A stretch of DNA of 64,000 bases, from NCBI GenBank assembly GCA_003232725.1, contig QIJH01000218.1, positions 3,429 to 67,428 of the forward strand, in the 5' to 3' direction. Shown here piece after piece: positions 35,057 through 43,286 of the stretch; within the stretch, counting starts at the first letter, position 1; every line of letters begins with the position of its first letter. Source of the stretch: Chromatiaceae bacterium (GTDB lineage Bacteria; Pseudomonadota; Gammaproteobacteria; SZUA-140). Below the pieces are notes generated by a model. It saw only the letters and a program-made list of their open reading frames with translations, was not told the origin of the DNA and made no database searches. The translations under genes and the position numbers were made by a program.

Positions 35057-35797
35057 GTGAATAAAAACCAGACAACACAGCAATCAGCCACGGATGAAAT
35101 CAATGATTTTATCGAACCTTGCTTTCTCAATAGCAATCGTTGGATAAACACACCAGTCAATAACAACATCGCAAAAATAGCACATTACCTGTCACATAAA
35201 ATTTCCAAAATACCACTGGATTTGACAAGCCATGCGCAACGGATTTCTCTTTACCGCCACCAAGATGATGCTGAAAGTACATATGCAGCACTATTAGATC
35301 TTTTCCTTGTACTTGGCAACAAAGGCCTGCCATTACGCAAGCGCCTACTACGGCAAGCAGCATCTGTCATCAGTGCAGAAAACTATGGTTTTTTATCAAG
35401 CACGCTGCCAACGGCATTGGTCATCACATGCAATACACCACTACCACACCTTTCCGCACTAAGTCTTGGTAGAACCAGAGAAAAAGAGATCATACGGAAA
35501 ACCGATGACGAGCAGTCAAAAAAAAAGGAAGCACCACTATTGATCGTGCGCGACCTACTTAATTCAGGACAAATATCACAGGCACAGTCAATTCTGGAAC
35601 TCGCACTGCTAGCCGCACCGGATAACAATGATCTTAGCAACGAACTACTGCAGATCTATCATCATACTCACGATAGAAGCGGCTGCATTCAAATGCTTAA
35701 AAAATTGTCATCAGCTGCATTAGCAGGCCGAGAGAAATGGGCAGAACTGATTATCACACTCGACCAGGACAGCACGGAGCGCTCACTCAGTGCATAA
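35057..35797 (+). CDS. hypothetical protein, helical/TPR-like C-terminus (first gene of candidate GTPase operon)
   Basis: 246 aa ORF with GTG start and no clear SD. C-terminal ...AQSILELALLAAPDNNDLSNELLQIYHHT... resembles a TPR/FimV-C-like helical hairpin. No family assigned. Confidence 0.4.
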   Translation: MNKNQTTQQSATDEINDFIEPCFLNSNRWINTPVNNNIAKIAHYLSHKISKIPLDLTSHAQRISLYRHQDDAESTYAALLDLFLVLGNKGLPLRKRLLRQAASVISAENYGFLSSTLPTALVITCNTPLPHLSALSLGRTREKEIIRKTDDEQSKKKEAPLLIVRDLLNSGQISQAQSILELALLAAPDNNDLSNELLQIYHHTHDRSGCIQMLKKLSSAALAGREKWAELIITLDQDSTERSLSA

Positions 35798-36680
35798 ACA
35801 GAAAACAACCAACCCTATTAGAGTGACCACACTCGGTCTCGATGAGCGCTCACAAGAGGTGCTGAGAATGGCTTTTTCAAGCGTCGCAAAGGGCGAGTGC
35901 GTTTTATCCGATACTGCCTCAGCAGATGTTGGTCTCTGTAATATGGATAGCCACAACGCAAATACATTATGGAGTAAAAATAAAACACACTATCCCGAGC
36001 GCCCTATGGTTGTGATTTCAGTCAAAAATCCACAACTTGAAAATTGCATGTATGTAGCAAAACCGATTAACATCACCATGCTTGTCGATGCAATCAAGGA
36101 TGCCTTTAGTAGCAGCGCCATGCAGCATTCAGTAGCTCATGCAGTCAATGGAATGCATGCCAGTACACAGGAGCTTCATCCGCTACCCCAGCAACCAGAG
36201 AAACACATTCAAGAGACATCCATGGGTTCTCCTCTAACACCTGAGGAACAATGGAATGATGAAGGCCACTCGAGTATCAACTACTACTCTCCAGCAGATT
36301 ACCTGCAAGAAGAGCTACAAAACTCTGCCACACAGGCAAGTGAGAGAAATCTATCCGCACAATACTCAGTCAAATTGAACGACACCTGGCTACACATCAC
36401 TATAGATCCAATTCATAATAAAGTGGTCTCTGAAATCAGCGATCAAATACTTGAGTCTCTGTGTACAACACCACGCTACTGTATTGAAACCAAATCAAAA
36501 TTTCTTAGCAAAAACAGATCCCACTTTGATGTCTACCGAGGAGACAAACCCTATCATGAATGCACCATCGCTCAATTCATTTGGAAGGTAGCGCTCTGGA
36601 CATCTGCTGGAAGACTATCAAAAGAGATGAGCCCATCAACACTGGCCGAATTTAACACGCCTGACACGCTCAAAAAATGA
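35790..36680 (+). CDS. receiver (REC)-like domain protein with unknown C-terminal domain
   Basis: N-terminal ~110 aa have CheY-like topology: IRVTTLGLDERSQEVLRMAF...ADVGLCNMDSHNA (Asp at the phospho-acceptor position)...PMVVISVKNP...YVAKPINITMLVDAIKDAF (KP motif). The acidic pocket is partly degenerate. Overlaps the previous gene by 8 nt. Confidence 0.45.
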   Translation: MHKQKTTNPIRVTTLGLDERSQEVLRMAFSSVAKGECVLSDTASADVGLCNMDSHNANTLWSKNKTHYPERPMVVISVKNPQLENCMYVAKPINITMLVDAIKDAFSSSAMQHSVAHAVNGMHASTQELHPLPQQPEKHIQETSMGSPLTPEEQWNDEGHSSINYYSPADYLQEELQNSATQASERNLSAQYSVKLNDTWLHITIDPIHNKVVSEISDQILESLCTTPRYCIETKSKFLSKNRSHFDVYRGDKPYHECTIAQFIWKVALWTSAGRLSKEMSPSTLAEFNTPDTLKK

Positions 36681-36942
36681 TATCAGGATAGCAGCGCTGC
36701 TCTCCGAACAGCCAGCTGCACCAGCCCTTATTTCCAAGGTACTTGGGATACCAATATCTCAAGTCTTTTCTTTTTACGCGGCAGCACATGCACTCAATTT
36801 AGCCATGCCAGTCGTGAATGTGACAAAAAAACCAGCGTTTAATATTCAACAAAAAAGCAAACATCATTCATTATTTAGCAAAATACTCGAAAAATTTGCT
36901 GGTTAACACTAAACCACCTACCCATAAAGACACCCTTCGATC

Positions 36943-37491
36943 ATGCCTGGAAACAATCATAAAATAATATTCACTGGCCCTGTGGGCGCAGGAAAGACAG
37001 CAGCAATTAGCGCCATTAGTGATATTGCCGTTTTAAAAACGGATGAAAATGCACAGGACATGACCAAGAAACGCAAGCAGACAACAACCGTAGCGCTAGA
37101 TTATGGGCTATTAAAACTAGGGGAAGGGGAAGGGGAACGCATTCACCTCTATGGCACACCCGGCCAGGAACGTTTCGACTTCATGTGGGACATATTAACC
37201 AATGGTGGCCTTGGCCTAATCCTACTACTTGACAACTCGCGCTCAACCCCTTTTAAAGACATGAGTTTTTTTCTTAACGCATTTCGTGATTTTATTTGCG
37301 ATAACAAAATGGTCATTGGGGTTACGCACATGGAATACAACGAAACATCAAAAATAGAGTCGTATCATCAACAGTTACATAAACATGGCATCAAAGCACC
37401 CATACTAGAAATTGATGCGCGAGAAAAAAACGATGTCGAAACGCTAGTCAAAACACTTCTTTACTCACTTGACCCATGGCTGGGGCAGTAA
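36943..37491 (+). CDS. small Ras-like GTPase, MglA-like
   Basis: 182 aa. P-loop KIIFTGPVGAGKTAAIS; switch I Thr (TTTVALDYG); switch II HLYGTPGQERF, like MglA's TVPGQ variant of DxxGQ. Size and organisation like MglA/CvnD-type GTPases. No clear canonical NKxD. Confidence 0.7.
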   Translation: MPGNNHKIIFTGPVGAGKTAAISAISDIAVLKTDENAQDMTKKRKQTTTVALDYGLLKLGEGEGERIHLYGTPGQERFDFMWDILTNGGLGLILLLDNSRSTPFKDMSFFLNAFRDFICDNKMVIGVTHMEYNETSKIESYHQQLHKHGIKAPILEIDAREKNDVETLVKTLLYSLDPWLGQ

Positions 37492-38177
37492 TGAGTCAAT
37501 ACGAACTGATCGATACAAGGTTTGTCTTACCATCACCCGCAGGCACATATTACGCCATATCAAACCATCAAGAAGAGCGCTCCAGAGGGCTGCTACTTGC
37601 TTTAATGACACAAGCAAACAGTCAAAGAATATCCACAGAGACGCTTTCGATTTGGCTAGACGATGACAACATTGAAACGTCATTGGCACTGCTTCACAAG
37701 ATTCAACAATTAGGCTGGCTTAGACCAGATGATGAACAATCATCGGCCCCGACCGGGGCACTTGAAGAAATAATACCACCGCTACTGGCAACATTATGCA
37801 ACACAGAAAAAACACTACTTGCCGATCACCAGGGCTTTACACTCGCCGCTCACGGATTTACTCACGAAGCAGCCGAAGAGCTATCGGCTCTCAGTGCAGA
37901 CCTCATCGCTCTGAGATTACGGCACGGAAGTTTGCTCACTAAAAACCTTAAACTTAATACGCAAGCCATCGGCCTTATTGATGCCGCAGGCAATAGCCAG
38001 CTAGGGTTCTGGCCACTGCATATTGGCAAGCACTGCTTTACATTGGTAATGAGTGGCATACCGCAATTTAATCAAACCAGTTTTACCAATTTAATTTGGC
38101 TACTAACGACTCGTTATGGATCAAATGACAATGCTGCCAATTTGTCAATTCACGAAATATTTTACACAGATAAATAG
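37491..38177 (+). CDS. hypothetical protein, possible tandem roadblock/longin-like partner (translationally coupled to GTPase)
   Basis: ATG overlaps the GTPase stop (TAATG). 228 aa. Second half (LLATLCNTEKTLLADHQGFTLAAHGF...AIGLIDAAGNSQLGFWPLHIGKHCFTLVMSG) has a roadblock-like alternation. Confidence 0.45.
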   Translation: MSQYELIDTRFVLPSPAGTYYAISNHQEERSRGLLLALMTQANSQRISTETLSIWLDDDNIETSLALLHKIQQLGWLRPDDEQSSAPTGALEEIIPPLLATLCNTEKTLLADHQGFTLAAHGFTHEAAEELSALSADLIALRLRHGSLLTKNLKLNTQAIGLIDAAGNSQLGFWPLHIGKHCFTLVMSGIPQFNQTSFTNLIWLLTTRYGSNDNAANLSIHEIFYTDK

Positions 38178-38239
38178 ACTGAGCGACAACTTATTCAATA
38201 TCATCTACCACAAAAATTTTGAAACAAGGAGTCAATATA

Positions 38240-38602
38240 ATGCGAGCTGACATTTTAAATTCTATTCTATCTGAGTTGAACGGCACTTCAGCTGAAATAG
38301 AAGCATCAGCCATCTTATCGACAGATGGCCTCATGATGGCATCAATGCTGCCTGCTGGAATGGATGAAGATCGAGTGGGTGCAATGGCTGCGGCCATGCT
38401 CTCGCTCGGCGATAGAACATCTGAAGAACTCGCACGCGGTGGACTTGAACAAGTACTGATAAAAGGAGAAAAAGGCTACGTTTTGATGACGCATGCGGGT
38501 GATGAATCAGTACTATCAGTACTTGCCAAACCAAGCGCGCGCCTTGGGCTAATATTTTTAGATGTAAAACGTGCTGCAGAATCAATTGAGAAGCTGGTTT
38601 AA
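38240..38602 (+). CDS. Roadblock/LC7 domain protein (MglB-like)
   Basis: MRADILNSILSELNGTSAEIEASAILSTDGLMMASMLPAGMDEDRVGAMAAAMLSLGDRTSEELARGGLEQVLIKGEKGYVLMTHAGDESVLSVLAKPSARLGLIFLDVKRAAE is a textbook Roadblock/LC7 signature. AAGGAG RBS 8 nt upstream. Confidence 0.78.
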   Translation: MRADILNSILSELNGTSAEIEASAILSTDGLMMASMLPAGMDEDRVGAMAAAMLSLGDRTSEELARGGLEQVLIKGEKGYVLMTHAGDESVLSVLAKPSARLGLIFLDVKRAAESIEKLV

Positions 38603-38626
38603 ACCAATCACGACAGGAAAACTCAC

Positions 38627-39097
38627 ATGAAAGACATGATGCCTGACAATATTTCCGGCGAGTACCAAGAACATCTATTCAGCTACCATGATGGTACTCA
38701 GCGAAAAGCCCTTTTCACCAACATCGAAACACAACTACCAGAAGGCCGCCTGATTGTTTCTCGCACAAATACCGATGGCATCATTATTGATGTAAACCAG
38801 CCATTTATTGAAATGTCCGCTTATCATAAAGATGAGTTAATCGGCCAACCTCATTATATTCTTCGCCATCCAGATATGCCTGCCGCCGCATTTAGCGATC
38901 TCTGGAAAATGGTTCAACAGCGAAATAAATGGCATGGATACGTCAAAAATCTTCGCAAAGACGGTGGCTTTTATTGGGTATATGCGACCGTTATCGCAAA
39001 CATTCGGAAGGGTGACATCACTGGCTTTACATCTGTTCGCCGCCGTGCCTCGCGCGCTAAAATTAATGAAGCCGAAATTCTTTATCAAACTTTATAA
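38627..39097 (+). CDS. stand-alone Aer-type (FAD-binding) PAS domain protein
   Basis: RLIVSRTNTDGIIIDVNQPFIEMSAYHKDELIGQPHYILRHPDMPAAAFSDLWKMVQQRNKWHGYVKNLRKDGGFYWVYATVIANIRKGDITGFTSVRRRAS closely parallels the Aer N-terminal PAS (GQPHN.VRHPDMP.AAF.D.W...G.PW.G.VKNR.K.G..YWV.A.V.P). No transmembrane or output domain. Confidence 0.8.
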   Translation: MKDMMPDNISGEYQEHLFSYHDGTQRKALFTNIETQLPEGRLIVSRTNTDGIIIDVNQPFIEMSAYHKDELIGQPHYILRHPDMPAAAFSDLWKMVQQRNKWHGYVKNLRKDGGFYWVYATVIANIRKGDITGFTSVRRRASRAKINEAEILYQTL

Positions 39098-39111
39098 CAG
39101 GATCATCAACC

Positions 39112-39858
39112 ATGACCCACAACTTCACCGTCAGTCCAGACTTTAATCCAGGCCATATATCTGGTTGGTACATCTTCAATACATGGCTTCAACGCACCAT
39201 CAATGAAGAGCTCCACCTGGAACTCTACAATAGCGCTAGCGAACAACGAAAAGCGATCGCTGATGACCGGGTAGATTTAATTTATGCCAACCCTTATGAC
39301 GCGACAGCACTGGTAAGAGACAAGGGGTTTTTCCCTGTTGCACGTGCTGACAACAAAACAGACGAGGCCATCATCGCTGTCAATCATGAAAGCCCAATCC
39401 TCAATGTTGAACAACTCACAGATGGCACCAGAATTTCCAGCACCGATGACCCGGACGTACGCATGATGTGCATGATCATGCTTGAGCCTGCAGGGTTAAA
39501 TAAAAGTAACACCTCTACCACACAACGTGATGCTTACATTTTGATTGCCAAAGATCTTTTAAAAAACGACGCCGACGTTGGTTTCTTTCTCGAAGAGACA
39601 TACAACGAACTCTCAGACATGACAAAAAAACAATTAAGACCTATTGTGCACAGCCAAATTCATGTCATCCACCATCTACTGCTTGTCGGTCCTAAATTAG
39701 CACACAAAAAAGATGACATACAATCATCACTCCTTTCAATGGCTGATGACTCAAAAGGAGTCGGCGTATTAAAAAACCTGAACTTCGAACGCTGGGTAGC
39801 GGTTGAGCAGGAAGAAGCCGAATTCATGATTGACTTAATGGACACATTAGCCGAATAA
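39112..39858 (+). CDS. PhnD/SsuA-like (phosphonate-binding family) periplasmic-binding-fold protein lacking a signal peptide
   Basis: 248 aa. DLIYANPYDATALVRDKGFFPVARAD...AIIAV pattern of Phosphonate-bd/PBP type 2. N-terminus MTHNFTVSPDFNPGH... is not a signal peptide. Confidence 0.6.
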   Translation: MTHNFTVSPDFNPGHISGWYIFNTWLQRTINEELHLELYNSASEQRKAIADDRVDLIYANPYDATALVRDKGFFPVARADNKTDEAIIAVNHESPILNVEQLTDGTRISSTDDPDVRMMCMIMLEPAGLNKSNTSTTQRDAYILIAKDLLKNDADVGFFLEETYNELSDMTKKQLRPIVHSQIHVIHHLLLVGPKLAHKKDDIQSSLLSMADDSKGVGVLKNLNFERWVAVEQEEAEFMIDLMDTLAE

Positions 39859-39880
39859 CATTTCAGCAGACTGATGACAG

Positions 39881-41008
39881 CTATTGCTTAGATGCCTCTT
39901 TTTTAGAGTCGCGCAACCGCTGAAGTTTTTCAAGTATACGTTCCGCCCGACCAATATGCTCTAGCGCCTGCTCGTTGTCGGGTGCCAGTGCTAGCGCATT
40001 TTCCCAGGTACCTATTGCCTTCATATACTGTCCCTCTCCGTAATACTCGACACCCAGGGCAATACTCTCTTTCACCTGTTTATCCAGAAGAAAACTCAAC
40101 TGCTGTGCAAGCTCAATCTCACTCTCATTCAAATTACCTAACAACTTCAACCTGACAACATAATCTAATGCCCTAGTCAGCTCATTATTATTGACAGCCT
40201 TAAGCAAAGACACATTGAGAATTTTTTGCATCTTCCGTCTACTTTCAATCACAATTTGTTGCTGTCTGCGCTCATTTTCCACCTGGGACTGTAACTTTTC
40301 ATTCTCGATTTCTTGCTGTTGTTTCGCCAATAGCAGCTGACTCTCCACGACTGTTTGCTTAAGCTCGCCTATCATCGGCACTGGATTAAGCTGCCAGGCA
40401 AGGCTAAGCAACTCTTCCGCATGGAGGAAATCATCCTGTTCCAAGGCTGCTCGTCCATGTTCAGCAAGCAATTTAGCAACTTTCTTTGATTTATCTTTAT
40501 CTCTTTTCCAGCGGCCCTCTTTTAGCCAACTACCTGGGGTAATCAACGCCAACTCTTCCTGAACACTAATCGTATTACTCAACCACTCCGCTTGCATCAC
40601 TAACAAGTCCAATTCCAGTGCCGCAACCCGAATATTCTGTTTAAAATGCAGCGCCTGAAATGCTGAGTTAATCTTTTCACTATCTGGAATATTATTTAAT
40701 GCGGTTTGGTAGTATCGCTTGGCACGATACCACTCTCCTGCCTTCTCAAGCGCCCTGCCCTCCTCCAGTGTCTGCTGCTCATATATAACTGCCTGCTTAT
40801 CAATACCAGCGATTAACGCATTCACACTTGAATAGTCAGCGTGCGACTCAGGCACATGAGAAAGCACCACTTGCGCTTGTGCATACCGATCCCCCTCGAC
40901 AAGAGAGTCCACCTTTTCTAATACATTAGACGAACGCGCATCCATATACGCACAACCCTGTACAAATATCACCAACAAAATGAGAAAGGCTAATTTCACA
41001 TTTTTCAT
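39881..41008 (-). CDS. TPR-repeat lipoprotein
   Basis: Signal peptide with lipobox (LILLVIFVQGC). Multiple TPR-like repeats (AQ..LS...Y..AL, GEWYRAKRYYQTALNN, GQYMKAIGTWENALALAPDN). 4-nt overlap with the upstream cyclase gene. Confidence 0.65.
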   Translation of the reverse strand: MKNVKLAFLILLVIFVQGCAYMDARSSNVLEKVDSLVEGDRYAQAQVVLSHVPESHADYSSVNALIAGIDKQAVIYEQQTLEEGRALEKAGEWYRAKRYYQTALNNIPDSEKINSAFQALHFKQNIRVAALELDLLVMQAEWLSNTISVQEELALITPGSWLKEGRWKRDKDKSKKVAKLLAEHGRAALEQDDFLHAEELLSLAWQLNPVPMIGELKQTVVESQLLLAKQQQEIENEKLQSQVENERRQQQIVIESRRKMQKILNVSLLKAVNNNELTRALDYVVRLKLLGNLNESEIELAQQLSFLLDKQVKESIALGVEYYGEGQYMKAIGTWENALALAPDNEQALEHIGRAERILEKLQRLRDSKKEASKQ

Positions 41009-42477
41009 GTCGATACGGATACGTCGCCAGTATTCACAACCGTCGATATTGCATCATCGATCATCGCCTGCTGTTTTTCATCAACACCGCTCACATGGTA
41101 AGTCACCAGCGCTTCTTTTTTTCCTTTTAGTGAAATTTTCTTAAAGCGAGTACTAACGATACCCTGAGATTGCAGTGTAACATTCAGTTCATCACTAATT
41201 AGAATTTCGCCAGCATCCGCCGCAGAGGCAAGGCGTGATGCAGTATTAACCGCATCACCAACGACCGTATAGTCCATTCGCTCGGCAGCGCCCATATTAC
41301 CAGCCAGCATCATGCCACTATTAATACCAATTCTAAAACGAACTTGCGTCAAATTATCATTCGCCCTCTGGCGGTTAACTATTTTAACTAGCTTTTGAAT
41401 CGTAATCGCACATGCAGCCGCATGAAAGCTATGCTTGGCATCATCCTCCGGCACACCAAAGACAAGCATCGCACAATCGCCTATGTATTTATCAATATGC
41501 CCACCATAGCAATGTGCTGCCTGCGCAATAATACTAAAGTACTCATTCAGAAGACTATTCACCTGCTCCGGATGTAGCTCTTCCGAAAGCCGCGTAAAAC
41601 CAACGATATCTGCAAACAAAACACTCGCCTCAACATGATGCCCTCCCAACTTCACCTGGTTCAGGTTAGACAATACCGCCTTAGCTACTTTCGGTGAAAC
41701 GTAACGTGAAAATGTCTGCTCCACTTGCTCTTTACGTAACAGCCCTTCCGTCATTTCATTCATCGACTGCATCAGTGAACCCAACTCATCTTTGCGCTGA
41801 TCATTAAGGCGAACATGATAATCACCAGCCGAAATTGCACGGCCAGCATTAATCAATTGATGTATAGGGCGAGTTAAACGCTTACCCAATATAAAAGATG
41901 CTATAAAACCCAGAATCACTAACAACAATGTCGCGCCACCTACCGTGCGAATGGTCTCTTGCTGTGCCAACGTTCTTAAGCGTTGATCAAAAGTAATGAG
42001 CACATAACCTGTCGTCACATCCTTAAAAAACACCGGCTTGAAAAATGAAACCATATCAAGCGGCTCAGGAGCAACGCTATTTTCCTGCCATTCCAGTTTA
42101 ATTACACGCCCTAAGGCAGTGGCAATACGGTGGTCGTCCGGCACTGCACCCTTTTTCACCACCAGCTCTTTGTTCTCATTGTAAAGAGCTGCGCCAAGAA
42201 TCCCAGCTTCACCTGCAAGACTGTTCACCACAATCTCAAGATTAAGGTGATCATTGGCTAATAAGGGTTCACGGGAAAAGCCGGCCATCAACCTTAAAAC
42301 CGTATTTCCCGACTCACTCACCTGCTGCTCAAGAATATTACTTTGGTTGTGGACAATGAACAGCCCCAACAAACTCATCCCGCAACTAATCAATAAAGTA
42401 AAGACTAATGAGAGTTTATAGGCAATAGGGAAGTATGCCGGCAAAAATGCTGTCAGATTTTGGCGTAACTTTTTCAT
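41005..42477 (-). CDS. membrane sensor adenylate/guanylate cyclase (2TM periplasmic sensor - HAMP - class III cyclase)
   Basis: Two TM segments flanking a ~150 aa periplasmic region, HAMP (ILGKRLTRPIHQLINAGRAISAGDYHVRL), CHD cyclase domain (VLFADIVGFTRLSEELHPEQVNSLLNEYF...IGDCAMLVFGVP...RIGINSGMMLAGNMGAAERMDYTVVGDAVNTASRL). Confidence 0.85.
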   Translation of the reverse strand: MKKLRQNLTAFLPAYFPIAYKLSLVFTLLISCGMSLLGLFIVHNQSNILEQQVSESGNTVLRLMAGFSREPLLANDHLNLEIVVNSLAGEAGILGAALYNENKELVVKKGAVPDDHRIATALGRVIKLEWQENSVAPEPLDMVSFFKPVFFKDVTTGYVLITFDQRLRTLAQQETIRTVGGATLLLVILGFIASFILGKRLTRPIHQLINAGRAISAGDYHVRLNDQRKDELGSLMQSMNEMTEGLLRKEQVEQTFSRYVSPKVAKAVLSNLNQVKLGGHHVEASVLFADIVGFTRLSEELHPEQVNSLLNEYFSIIAQAAHCYGGHIDKYIGDCAMLVFGVPEDDAKHSFHAAACAITIQKLVKIVNRQRANDNLTQVRFRIGINSGMMLAGNMGAAERMDYTVVGDAVNTASRLASAADAGEILISDELNVTLQSQGIVSTRFKKISLKGKKEALVTYHVSGVDEKQQAMIDDAISTVVNTGDVSVST

Positions 42478-42903
42478 TAAGTTTCAGAGACTACCATCAC
42501 TACTCAGTTTTAAACACGTACGGCTGGGGCAACCTGACACCTTGCGTTACCAATAAGCCCGCCATCTCTCCATTTCAACAAACCAGCTTAACACTAGATA
42601 TATCGATAAAATTATATTAATCGATACTCCCCTATAAACCCTCTTTAAAGTCACAGTAGGTACAAAACACCAGCCACCCTACCAAACAACCGATCCAGCC
42701 CGTAAAACATACATCTAATTTATCTGGACTCAGCCAGATCGATACCAGACATCATGCACCATATAACGCAATTTATACAGCGACACCTGTAAACCAGCAC
42801 CTCTCATAAACCCCAAAACCATCTCACTGAGTGACTGGCAATCGTCGACGAATTATGTTGAGATTATTAAAGCCATTTCGCAGCCATAATATTTGGAGGA
42901 GTC

Positions 42904-43176
42904 ATGACAATGATATATACCAATGACCTGCTCGACGAACTTAATATCCTGCTGCAATTCAATCTAGCAACGACTCAGGAAGGGATTAAAATCCACCGTT
43001 CAGCGGGTACCACTACCATCGATGCCACCACACGCTTATTTAATAAAGGGCTCATCACTCAAACCGATGGGGGCTATCTCACTGATTTAGGACATATTGC
43101 TGCCGAACATGCTCAGAGCAGTTACACCATCCTGACACCCGCCCATGAATCATCACTAAAGCCAGCCTCAATGTAA
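42904..43176 (+). CDS. hypothetical protein (90 aa)
   Basis: Strong RBS GGAGGAG 4 nt upstream of ATG. MTMIYTNDLLDELNILLQFNLATTQEGIKIHRSAG.... No Cys, no C-terminal GG. Family unknown. Confidence 0.5.
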   Translation: MTMIYTNDLLDELNILLQFNLATTQEGIKIHRSAGTTTIDATTRLFNKGLITQTDGGYLTDLGHIAAEHAQSSYTILTPAHESSLKPASM

Positions 43177-43286
43177 ACGATACATCAACTATATAAAATA
43201 GCGAAAATGGTGCGATAAGGCCATTCAAGATGTGGCTGCTTTCATCTTAATAAACCATCCTATGAGCGCAATAAGGGACTAAAACG

